Source: Haliotis rufescens (lineage: Eukaryota). From it: a stretch of 64,000 nucleotides of DNA. Positions 14,684 to 28,200 of the stretch are shown piece by piece. The first letter of the stretch is position 1, and each line of letters begins with the position of its first letter. The notes under the pieces were generated by a model that was given only the letters and a program-made list of their open reading frames with translations, was not told the DNA's origin and searched no databases. Both the position numbers and the translations under genes were made by a program. The stretch spans positions 32,736,001-32,800,000 of the forward strand of contig NW_025963791.1 in the NCBI RefSeq assembly GCF_023055435.1, written 5' to 3'.

Positions 14684-16244
14684 ACAGCTTCACTATTTGT
14701 AGTGGTGGAGTCATATATTTGAGGAAGCTGTCGTGATGAGTAATGGTAATGTCATTCATTATTACATTCAATGATGGTATTTCCATTTATGAAAATAATT
14801 GGCCTTAAACAAACATGCTATGATTGCAATAAGCACAACATGGATTTCCTATATATATATTTTGTGTAAAAATGGGCCTGATATAACTGAAAAATATCAA
14901 GTTGTTTGGGTTATTGAGATTAATGCATTAAAACAAACCTGTAAATCTCAGTTTAGTAACAAGCATCATTCTTCATACTATTAATAGAGTATGATTGAGA
15001 CATTATTTTGTGTCGGTGTATATTACAACAAACTTTCGTATGAAGACAATAACATGGTGGTTACATCTTCTATCAGTAATAGCTGCGTGATTCCTTTCCA
15101 TTATTTGAATACGCTTTCATAAAAATGATATACAATGTTCTGTCAAGCCATTCTGTATATAGTGTGCATGAAAAAAGTATGAAATGATTTCAGCTGCTGA
15201 TCACAAATCTGCCACTGACTTCATACACAACACAAAGGTTAACTTTTCTTACCATGGAGTGATTGAATGTACATGTATACTATCACATAACCAGTTACTG
15301 TTGCCTGTAGTCACACTTGGACTACAATAATGTATTTGTTTTCATATTGCAGGTGTGGGGAGGGGAAATGAGCGTGTGTTGCAGGGATAGACATGGCCAC
15401 AAGTCCAGTTTCCACCCTTGCCGAACTAGACTGGATTTTCTGCGCTCGATCGTAGCGCCACAAGTCATTACAACTTATGTCGCTTCTATATTTTTCCTAT
15501 TTACTGATCAGATTCCACCTCTCATATCACTTGCATTTTCTTCAAATAAAAAGGCGACGAAGAGAAGATGATCCGATTGATAATCAAGATCTATATTGTA
15601 ATAAAATGTGTCTTTTTTAGAGAAGTGCATCAACTCATATGAGCACCTTGATTAAAAACATTAAAAGATTTGGAAAATATCTGTTGACGCTAAGTTATCA
15701 ATACATATGCTTTGCAAATCCTGCAATTGACCGAAATCTGCACAGCAAATCCAGTTATTGTACATAAATCAAATGTCCAAAATAGGCAGCCAACTTGTTG
15801 GACATGACTATAGTGGTGATATAAGATCAGATTATTAAAAGGTACTGGCAACTCTACACACAATGACCTGTCTCTTCATCATGTTCATAAACAATACAAC
15901 TTGACAACAGCTATAATTACTAGAATATTATATATCAAACATAGACAAAGAATATGTAACAATATGGTTCATTCCCAATTGTGATCATAGAAATCGTTAC
16001 AGTATTAACTTGCAAGAAAACATTGTGTGTACTTGAGTAACACATTGAGTTTTTCATCATCATGATCATATTAAAAACTCAACAGTCAAATGAAGGTGAT
16101 TGGTATGAATGATCTCTTTATCATAACAGAGATAAATCACAATGTGTGCCACACAAAGCAGAACGGAACAAATTATTTGGTCAGTATTTGAGCAAGACTG
16201 TGAGGGCCGAAGCATTTTGGCTAAATCAAGGAACTGTTGTAGGC

Positions 16245-19200
16245 TTATCGGGAGGCTCCAACGAGCGCCATCAAAATTCTTCTATAGTCGCCTGATGTGT
16301 CATCCTGGATGAAAAAGAATAGGACCTTTAACATGTTTATTGAGTTTCTTTCTTACTTCTATATGAACACAACTGAAAAAAATGGGGCAACATGGCAAAA
16401 TGAATAAATTCAACTGGCATTTGTGCTTTGGACTACTGTTATTTTTATCAAGTAGTATACCGCCATGCAAACAAGCAGTTAGCCAGCAGGGCAGGGACCA
16501 ACCATTTTATTGCCTGGCACCAAGAATACATGGTTGCAAGATGTTTTTCGAGAAAGATTTTTTGCTTTTTTTTTGTTTTTTAATGCCCTACTCAGCAATA
16601 TTCCAGCTATATGACAGCAGTCTGTAAATAATCAAGTCTGGACCAGACAATCCAGTGATTGACATCATGAGCATCGATCGATGACATGCATCAACCAAGT
16701 CATAATTAAATAATATTTGTTTTGTGAGCTGCAGCGGAAAAAAATATCCAGTCTCCATACAAAATCCCAGGTCTTTTCACCAGAATATCAAGGTGAGACT
16801 TTCTTTGTATACGGCTTAAAGATTCTGACATCCTAAAATATTGAAAAATATTCCAAACACAAAAATATCTGAAAAGCACCATTATGTTAGTATTGCTCCC
16901 AATGCAAACTTATGCACCCATCACAATAACTAAATGTGCATGCTGTATCTTAAATACCAAGTCTGATGAGACAAGCAAAGCGAACAATGCTTTCAAGTTT
17001 TGAAGGTCCTTTGAGTTTATTTTGTTTGCCCATCTACCAACTAGGCATTTTCACACAAAAATCTGTAACTCAGAAATATAAAGTCTGGTCTTTGTGTTGA
17101 TCAAATACAAAGTTAACAAATCTTTGTGGTAATTTTGAAAAAGATGCTGCTTTACTTTGAAATATAGTTCTATATTCCATAACATGCGTAAGTAGTAGCT
17201 TGTTGAAAGTTCATTGTATTTGGAGAAAGACAGCATTTGCAAATACTGTCAGTTTTATTATAGGGTGGTCACCTCATTTTATGTCAATAACAAGTGCAAC
17301 AAGTGTACACTAAACACAAACTGATCAATGTATTCCTCACCCATGCAGAACTAGTTTGAAGAAACTTACAATTCCAATTTTAGAAAGAACATTACCGTAT
17401 TCGACGTAATAAGCGCCCCGCTCTAATAACCGCCCACGACGAGATTTTCTGATATATTGGCTAGTGAACAATCCCAATTAGCACCTCTTCTGACCCCTAT
17501 TCGCATATAATCGTGTGTTATATGTACCCCTTATTATTGGCAATTAAATTCTGGAAACATATATCTGTCGTACATAAACATTTCAGGCTGTCAGCATAAA
17601 CAACGAAATTTATCTTTCAACTCTGTTTTTTCACCAAAATTATATTCTGATAAGAGCCCCCTATTTCTAATTTTGAGAGCGCCCTGGACGCTTATTACAT
17701 CAAATACGGTACCATATATTGTAAATCTTGAAATTAATGCAAGAGTGAATTAAAAGCAAAAAAAGTGAGTGGTCTTTGCTCGCATTAATTAACTTCGCAT
17801 TTATGCCTCCAAAATGACTATCAACAATAAGATGGCCCAGCTGCACACTTTGGATAGCAGAAATACCAACTTGAAAATAAACACAAACACGGATTATTGA
17901 GCAGCAGTTGTAACAAGTATATAACAATGTCATTCAAAGAATAGGAATTACACAATAGGCATCCAGTGAGTTATCACTGCTGGGGTCAAGAGTTCCACCC
18001 ACTCGTGTCAAGCTTGTTGACACCTTCTCCGCATACCAATCAGTGAACTGTTGTTGGTTCAATCATTTTATTGCTTTTGATCTTCCTTTATGCCAGTCAA
18101 CAAAGTAAACATATAAACATGTGTTGTTCTTAGGAAAACACTGCTCTACTCAGTGCTAATAAGCAATGTTATTACAGTATTAATGAAGTTGTTATCCATA
18201 AGCTGTGTCTACTTCAAATGCTATTTGCTGGGGAAGGGGGAGTCGCTTTGATTTTGAGTCACATTTTTGGCTAGGGGTTCACCGTCGTATTAATTAATTT
18301 CCAGATTTACAGTATCTCCTGTTTATTTTCTTCAACAGGTATGAAAAAACTGCTATTTTGTGGAATGTTTTTAAGCTTAATAGTTTCTGATACCTTATAA
18401 CTGGTAAATGATAAAAAATATAAAAAAGTTTAAACATATTGAAAATGTAAGGTAATTCTGATTCATATTAATTCTAACATGTTTAAGGTCATAACAGTCA
18501 ATGTGGGATATTGATCTAGGACTGTCCTTGAGACTTTGCTATAATGGAGGTAGGTTAAGTGCAAACCAATGAAAGAAAGAAGGACATGAAATATGAAGTT
18601 TAGCAGAGATTTGAGAACTCTGTTAGTCTATTAAGGGAGGTAACTCAATCAGGCCTTAAGCTATGAGTACCAGTAGTAGTATCTGCTTTTCATGCATGAC
18701 AAAACATTACATATTAAAGGTGGCCAAACTGGATGCCAAATTATGTTAGCGAGTGAATATTGTTTTATCACACACAGTAGGGCAACAAAATCTCACACGC
18801 AGAGACGCACACACACATGAAGAGCTCCCCCCACTGTCCCCTGTGTATATATACTGATGGAAATAAATAAGGGAACACTTAGGTTCAGACACAGTCAAAT
18901 AGTATGCTATCATGGGTTCCCGGCCTTGTCTACCAAATACATGTTGGAAACAATGCACACAAACACATCTCAACATGACAGTAAAGCTTATTTCCCTCTA
19001 TTTTCATCATTCCCTATTCGGTTTCCATCAGTATGTGTTAATGAAATGAGCATAAATACAATTCACATAATTGGTGCACAATGATAAACAATCCATTTTC
19101 ATGTTAGGCAACCCACACCCTATGAAGATTTTTCTTCCCTGGAATCTTAATGAGTTTGGTAATACACATCTTCCCGAGGCAAGAGAGTTAACTGACTACA

Positions 19201-22200
19201 AAAGTCCAGTTTCCACCCTTGACGAATTAGGCTGGTATTATGGAGTTACATTTTGGCTGCACAGTCCAATCAAAATCGTGCCCCAAAATCGAAATCAGGT
19301 TCGTAAACTGTCATGCAGATTCCGATCGATTGCAGGATTTGCAAAGCATGTGCACCGCCAACTCGTTGTCAGCAGATATTTTCCAAATCTTTTCATTTTT
19401 TTCATCAAGGTGCTTACGTGATTTGATGCATTTCGCAATGTAAGACACGTTTTATCACAATATAGATCTTGATTCACCATTTTGTGTGAAGAAAACGCAA
19501 GTGATGGAATCTGACTGGTCCATAGGAGAGGCTTAAAAGGGACGTAACTGGTAATAGCGACTGGTGGCGCTACGATCGAGCCCAGTAATTCCAGCCTAGT
19601 TTGGCAAGGGTGGAAACTGGACTTTTAAAGTCAGTTAACTCTCTTGCCTTGGGAAGATGGGTAATACATTGCTTTCAGCAATATTCCAGCAATATCACAG
19701 AGTGGTCTCCAGGAATTGGCATCAGACATTGCGCCTACATGGGGAATCAAACACAGGTCTGTGGCTTGATGAATAAACACTTTAACAACTAGGCTACCCC
19801 CCAACTTCCCATGAATCCTCATGAGGATGTTTTCAGACAAACATTCCACAAATTTGCATAATGTCCATAGTGATGGAAGTCTTAGATGTTTTCAACTTTG
19901 GTGAAATCCAAGTGTACGGACATGGTGCTGACAAACCATAATCAGGGCAAACCAGTATTCACACAGCGATTGCAAGTTTTTGACATGTCTGAGGGACAAG
20001 ACTCTGTACAACAACTTGCAGCATCTTAGACAACAGGTCCACCAGTGATGCTGTAGCAGGGAACAGCTAGCCTGTATGTGTTGAGTGAGTGAGTGAGTGA
20101 GTTGGGTTTAACGCTGCTTTTAACAGTATTCCAGTTATATCACGGCGTGCCAGCTTTGTGGGAGGAAAGCCCGAAGTGATGCAGGTCTTAAATGTTTACC
20201 AGTTGGTGAAACCCAAGAGCACGGGTATGGTGCTGACAAACCTAGAAACATAATCGGGGCGAACCGGAATTCGCACCCACAATCATAGGTTTCTGGCGTG
20301 CCCAAGGGACGCAACTCTGCACAGCGAATCACGGCGCTTTAGACGACTGGGCCACCCGTGCCCCCTTGTATGTGTTGACTGATGGAACGAAAGTTCAGAT
20401 GCTTAGTCTATTACACGGAGGAAGTAACTAGTTCTGACAGCACTATGTAACACAGGTTAACAATGCAGTCAGTTTGATTACCATGCCACTATTCCATACA
20501 CTTAAATTATAAAGAACTGGTAGAGAGTGATCCTTGCACTACAATGGTTATGTATGGGAGTTGTAATAGGCATATAATAGGCACTTTGTCATACATTGCC
20601 TGTGACTACACACTCAACATTTGGAATTGTTTCAAAATTAAAACATAAGGAAAATTACATATTCTTTTCTTCCTATTCTCATTGGTTATGGCGTTCTGAG
20701 GGGAGGTCTGGTAGCCTAGTGGTTAAAGCATTCGCTCGTCATGCCAAAAACCCGGGTTCGATCCCTGACATGGGTACATTGTGTGAAGCCAATTTCTTGT
20801 GTCCCCCGCCGCGATATTGCTGGAATATTGCTCAAAGCGGCGTAAAATCATACTCAGTCACTTTGGCATTCTGAACAAAGGTAGCAAAGAAATTATGCAT
20901 TATTATTGTAAGTTGACATCTGAGAACTCAAGAACTTACACATCCTTCATTTAGAGTGGTTAAAGTTTGTTCAGGGTTCACCAGACACAAGCTCCTGTTT
21001 AGGCTTTGACAGATCTGGTAACCGCGGTAACATATCAGAGTAAACAATGATAATGAACACCTGGAGTATACAAACCATTCTCAGCAGCCATTGTTACCAC
21101 CAATGTCCATTGACATGGCCCAACAAGCATTGGGTGTGGGGACCAATTCTGACTCACAGTCCATGTAATACTAGCAACCATGTTTTGAACCAAGAAAGCT
21201 TCAGCTGATCGAGCCAAGTCGTGAGCTTTTAGATGAAATGAGTATTTGTCTACATCAACTCACCCTGATGAAGCTCTCCAGTGTCTTGCCAAAGCGTTTT
21301 GCAAACTCCTCCTTGATCTGAATCATATCCACTTCAGCTCTCGTAACAACAACCCTGACCAGCGTACGATCATCGGTTCCTGCACCCTGGAACAAGCCAT
21401 ATCGAAACACATTGAAGTTTGTTCTACACTAGATCACTTCAGCTCTCGTAACAACAACCCTGACCAGTGTACGATCATCAGTTCCTGCACCCTGGAACAA
21501 GCCATATCGAAACACATTGAAGTTTGTTCTACACTAGATCACTGCAGCTCTCGTAACAACAACCCTGACCAGCGTACGATCATCAGTTCCTGCACCCTGG
21601 AACAAGCCATATCGAAACACATTGAAGTTTGTTCTACACTAGATCACTTCAGCTCTCGTAACAACAACCCTGACCAGTGTACGATCATCAGTTCCTGCAC
21701 CCTGGAACAAGCCATATCGAAACACATTGAAGTTTGTTCTACACTAGATCACTGCAGCTCTCGTAACAACAACCCTGACCAGTGTACGATCATCAGTTCC
21801 TGCACCCTGGAACAAGCCATATCGAAACACATTGAAGTTTGTTCTACACTAGATCACTGCAGCTCTCGTAACAACAACCCTGACCAGCGTACGATCATCA
21901 GTTCCTGCACCCTGGAACAAGCCATATCGAAACACATTGAAGTTTGTTCTACACTAGATCACTGCAGCTCTCGTAACAACAACCCTGACCAGTGTACGAT
22001 CATCAGTTCCTGCACCCTGGAACAAGCCATATCAAAACACATTGAAGTTTGTTCTACACTAGATCACTTCAGCTCTCGTAACAACAACCCTGACCAGTGT
22101 ACGATCATCAGTTCCTGCACCCTGGAACAAGCCATATCGAAACACATTGAAGTTTGTTCTACACTAGATCACTGCAGCTCTCGTAACAACAACCCTGACC

Positions 22201-25200
22201 AGCGTACGATCATCAGTTCCTGCACCCTGGAACAAGCCATATCGAAACACATTGAAGTTTGTTCTACACTAGATCACTGCAGCTCTCGTAACAACAACCC
22301 TGACCAGTGTACGATCATCAGTTCCTGCACCCTGGAACAAGCCATATCGAAACACATTGAAGTTTGTTCTACACTAGATCACTGCAGCTCTCGTAACAAC
22401 AACCCTGACCAGCGTACGATCATCAGTTCCTGCACCCTGGAACAAGCCATATCGAAACACATTGAAGTTTGTTCTACACTAGATCACTGCAGCTCTCGTA
22501 ACAACAACCCTGACCAGTGTACGATCATCAGTTCCTGCACCCTGGAACAAGCCATATCGAAACACATTGAAGTTTGTTCTACACTAGATCACTTCAGCTC
22601 TCGTAACAACAACCCTGACCAGCGTACGATCATCAGTTCCTGCACCCTGGAACAAGCCATATCGAAACACATTGAAGTTTGTTCTACACTAGATCACTGC
22701 AGCTCTCGTAACAACAACCCTGACCAGTGTACGATCATCAGTTCCTGCACCCTGGAACAAGCCATATCGAAACACATTGAAGTTTGTTTTACACTAGATC
22801 ACTGCAGCTCTCGTAACAACAACCCTGACCAGCGTACGATCATCAGTTCCTGCACCCTGGAACAAGCCATATCGAAACACATTGAAGTTTGTTCTACACT
22901 AGATCACTGCAGCTCTCGTAACAACAACCCTGACCAGCGTACGATCATCAGTTCCTGCACCCTGGAACAAGCCATATCGAAACACATTGAAGTTTGTTCT
23001 ACACTAGATCACTGCAGCTCTCGTAACAACAACCCTGACCAGTGTACGATCATCGGTTCCTGCACCATGGAACAAGCCATTTCAAAAACACATTGAAGTT
23101 TGTTTTACACTAGATCACTGCAGCTCTCGTAACAACAACCCTGACCAGCGTACGATCATCAGTTCCTGCACCCTGGAACAAGCCATATCAAAAACACATT
23201 GAAGTTTGTTTTACACTAGATCACTTCAGCTCTTGTAACAACAACCCTGACCAGCGTACGATCATCGGTTCCTGCACCCTGGAACAAGCCATTTCAAAAC
23301 ACATTGAAGTTTGTTCTACACTAGATCTCACATGTAGGAGGCATCTTGAGTTGTGATATCAACTGCATGACACTTCATGAATTGGCTTGTGAACAAACAA
23401 TCAAATTTAACATTATGTAAATATTTTGGCAAGCCTCATGGATGTCCTTATGTTTACCTTCATAGAATAGTAGAGTCTGTCTGCAAAATAGGCGGCTTTG
23501 TTTCTCACGACCTTCACTGAAATAATAAAAAAAAGTAAAGTTTTGTGATGTCATGAGTGAGTGAGTGAGTATGGTTTTATGCTGGTTTTAGCAATATTCC
23601 AGCAATATTACGGCAGGGGACACCAGAAATGGGCTTCACACATTGTACCCATGTCGGGAATCGAACCCAGGTCTTCGGCATGACTAGCAAACGCTTTAAC
23701 CACTAGGCTACCCGACCGCCCCCCGTGATGACATGAAATGTGGCAAAATACTATAATCACTGCATATTGATGGCATTAAAATGATAAGACAATTATTATT
23801 TAATGAAACACAAAGACATCGCAAAAATATATTTCAAGATGAGAAGATCAAGCCGAAATTTATCATCCTATAGGCAATACACTTAATTACAACTGAGGAG
23901 GACAAATGTGATTAAACCTTACTTGTGTTTACACTGTGGAACCAAACAAGTTTCATATCACTTTTCCATAGTGTCAACAACACAAACATGAGGTCAGATA
24001 GATCTACAGATGAAGAGGACCTCTCACTTTCATCATAGTACTGGACAATGAGTATCACAGGGGACTTCCTAACCAAACTGACTAGCAGTGGAAATAGAAT
24101 CCGTCCACCACACAGACTGCCAACCATTTTCTATTCTTCATTTTATAAGTTCACTGCAGAGCACGAATCGGTTTCTGAAACCCAGCCACCTCCGTTAGTT
24201 TTTGTACTATCATTACTTAGTTAATGCCAGCATTGTTTTTACTGTGCCATAGGTCATTCATGAGTGTTTCCAGAATGTCTGACAGCGCTATCATATTGGT
24301 AAACTCCAGTAGCCTCTACACAACACAAAGCAAGGAGGCAACTGACCGATCGTAAGCATGCTCCTCTCCAGGTCCCCAGACATCTCCGAAATGATCGCCT
24401 TCTCGATGTCCTGGTTGACAATCCGACTGTAGGCATCAAACACTGCCCGCAACTGGTCATAGCTCTGTGCTGCCAGGATACGGTTGAATGTGTTCTCATC
24501 TGTTCCCCATCTCTTCTGGCCTGCCTCATACAATGCCTGTGTGAATGTAACAAATGTGAGGTTAGCGTGATGACACATCTTGATTTGATCTTTCCTGTTC
24601 AAACACACTCGTGATGAAGAGTGTACCAAGTTGTCAGACAAAACATAAAGGTTTAGTGAGTAAGTGAGTTTGGTTTAGCGCCACTAAAGGATGCAACTCT
24701 GCACAGCACCTTAGACATTTGAGCTACCCATGCTACCAGAAAGGCTTAGCAAAAGTATACTTGCCACTTAATCAGGGGTGCAATTTAATCTGTACTATGT
24801 ACAAGCCCCAAGTGTGGTAAGGTACATATAGAGGCACCAACTAAAGGCCTGGAATTGTAATGGCTCTTAGATAGCTTTGACATTTGATAAACTGACTCAG
24901 GCTAGTGTCAAGTTGTATCCCTTAATGAACATAAATCATATTTCATATTGCCTGAGTGAGTGGGTTGGGTGCAACGCCGCTTTTAACAGTATTCCAGTTA
25001 TATCGCGGCGTGTCAGCTTAATGTGGGAGGAAAGCCCAAAGTCATGTGGGTCTCCAACGTTTACCACTTCGGTGAAACCCACGAGCACGGGTATGGTGCT
25101 GACAAACCTAGAAACATAATCGGGGCAAACCGGGATTTGAACCCACAATCAAAGGGACCCAAAACCCCAAGGGACGTAACTCTGCAGAGCGAATCACGGT

Positions 25201-28200
25201 GCCTTAGACAACTGGGCACCCGTGCCCCCTCATATTGCCTGAAAAAGCACATGCTGTTATTATCCTCAAACATGGGCATTTAAACCAAACTATTGGTGAA
25301 ATTCTTTTAAATGCCCTGCTTGTCTGCAAGCCGGTCAAATACAGAATGACAGTGTACATTTCTGAGACATCAACAAACATCAAGCCACAGGCTGAGCACA
25401 ACAATACAAAGACAGTACAACACTCACCTTGGCATCCTGCTGGGCCTTAGCCTGGTCCACAGGCTGGTTCTCCATCCGGCCTCCCTGCAACCACAGCAGA
25501 ATATATACAACCCAGTAACCAGTCATTTGAAAATATGTCATGGAGCAATTACTGGATTAAGTCTCTGGCATGTGTAGAAGTAAATAGATGCCAGTAAATA
25601 GATGAATCTACTCGATGCCTGCACTATAATGATGTGGTAGTAGCAATACTCACAGTTGTCATGGACACAAGAAGCTTCTTGAAATGTCCTGATGTTTCAC
25701 TGATGATGTCCTGTTCCAACTTTCGGCCATACACTGAAAACATGATTCACTGTAAGTAACCCTACACATTTCTAAGCCTCTTTCACCAGATACCTCAAAC
25801 ATTGACTTCTAGGTGAGATGTGGTGAAATGGGGTTTATTGTCACATCCAAGATTATTGCACTTAAATAACGGGCATGCAGGAATGTGTGTGTGGCTGCTT
25901 GTACTAGTCTGGACTAGTCGATTTTATAGTGCTAGCCCACTGAGATACCATGCCACAGTTTAACATGAATATGCCACTCAGACACAGTATACAGACTCGG
26001 AGCCAACCAGTCCTTGTTTTAGCCCCATAATGCGAGCACCAGGCAGGGTAACAAGTACCACCTTTTGTAATGACAAGCTGGGGATTGAACCCCGGACCTT
26101 CTGCTCTCTGGTTGAATGCTCTACCACTAGCTAGGCCACGGAGGCGGTCTACATTGACTTCTGATGGAATGATAATGATGCTACTTCAAGTACAGATGCA
26201 AATCATTCATGGAATTGAGGAAATGGAGGCAGGTTTGTATGGTTCAGGAAGTGTTCAGGAAGTGTTCATGTACTGTTACTTACTGGCTTTGTAAGCTGCA
26301 ACCATGGCAAGGACCTGTTTGTTGTTCCTGGTACACAGGATTTCTATCAGTGCTGCTTCATCAGTGCCGGCTCCCTAAAACAAAGAATGAAGCATGGATG
26401 CAAGTCAAGGTCTCTATGTGGTAATGCTCCCATTGATGTACTCATCTGGAACTGCATAAATTATTCTCAAAACATATGGAAATCATTGCTTGATAAACTG
26501 TAGCTTGCATGTGCTAAAGACGGTTTAAGACTAATCACTGTGAAATTAGAGCGTGTTTGCCTTGCCTAACATCATAAAGCCTAATTATGACAAATGACAA
26601 TACAGTTAACTGTGTCTAACCCTCATGGCTCTCCTCAACTCATAGGCGTCGTACTCTTCCCGTGTGTACAACAGAGCGATGCAGGCGTCCTCGAAGTGAC
26701 CACTCAGCTCACTCTTCAAGTCTTGAAGCAGATCCTACAAATCATAGAACAAGGTGTCAACACACAACATACATTGTCAGTAGTTTACTGTATACACACT
26801 TCTCAAATACTGACAACTCAAATGTGATTAAAGTCCTCCAGTAATGCTAACAACAGTGGAACTGCACTCCTAGAAAACCAAGTATACATAAGTGGGCACT
26901 CATTCTGAGAGTGTTGAGACTCCCAACGTGGTAAAGCTGATATCAGTGTAAGAGGAGAGGTGATGACCTTACCCTGCCAAAGCATGTCTTATACATCAGT
27001 TTGATCTGCTGTCTTTGGTCTGTGCTGCGATATCCCAGAATATCAATGATAGCCTTCTCATCAGTACCTAAAACACAATATAGTAGTTTGATTATCTTCT
27101 GTGCTGGACATTAAGAAACTAACACCCTGATTAAAACAAGTACATTTTCAGCAGGCACAAGGCCATAAAATACAAGCTTTGCAAACATAGTGTGGTATTA
27201 ATCCATGTGAAGGAATAGGTGTATGAGAGTGAAAAACTATGGATGACAAGCTGACAAGATTAATCACAGGCACAGACAACAATGGTGAAGAGAGTCAAGG
27301 AACAGTTACACCTGTCTGAAGCAAGAACATCGGTAAATGAAGCGGGTGTGATGTGTCCAACAATATTACAGAAAGGTTGCCTACAATCAAACTAATTAAT
27401 CTGGACCTGCAAAGATCCGGGTAGAATAGGTCTTCAGCAAGCTGGGATATAGCTGAGTGCGATGTTAAACAAAAAACAAACAAACAAAATTATAACGGGA
27501 TTGAGCAAGGGAGGATTTTGAGAGGGCGTAAATCTTCTGATTTCAACTGAGTATACTTGGTCGAAAGAAGAGGCCATACAGTGGCTGGCGGTCATCTACA
27601 TGAAAGCTTTACCGGTATGCCACTGGACACATTAAGAATGGGCTCCTACACTGATTCCATGTGACTGATTTGATACAATTAATACATTGTCAACACAGGG
27701 AACCTTGTTTACTTTATCTGATGAGCATAATGTGCAACTATAAAAGTGAGTGAGTAAGTTTGGTTTGACTGCTTTGGGCTGTCAGCTTGATTTGGGAGGA
27801 TAGGAAAACATGATGTAGGTCTTAGACGTTTACCACTTTTGTCAAACCCCATGAACCTGGGTATGATGCTTACACCCCCTGTGCCCAAGCATCATCAAAC
27901 AGCTGTATACAGTGTAAGAACAGGTGGTCCAAGTCAAGTGCATCCTCGATTATTTAGAGAATAAATCTCCATTCTATTGTGATAAATACCCTGGACCCAT
28001 TCATCATAGGTTGTTCTGAGTCTTATTCAATTGACACAATGATAAAAGTCTCCTTCATTTCATTTCAAACTCATGTGAGAGAGCATCTTCCCGAGGCAAG
28101 GGAGTGAACTGACTGTAAAAGTCCAGTTTCCACCCTTGTAGAACTAGGCTGGAATTATGGAGTTATATTTTGGCTGGACAAAAGAGTCCAATAGTCCAGT

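Noticed and set aside
21246-23096. 616-aa plus-strand repeat ORF
   Set aside because: It is the antisense reading of the annexin junction array. A stop-free 3n unit gives a long ORF automatically; it starts at TTG and ends at a 1-nt indel.
21330-23326. Hammerhead-like CUGAUGA-UCGUA...UACGA-GAG on the minus strand of the array
   Set aside because: The core needs GAAA after stem II, stems I and III are absent, and the sequence is annexin codons.
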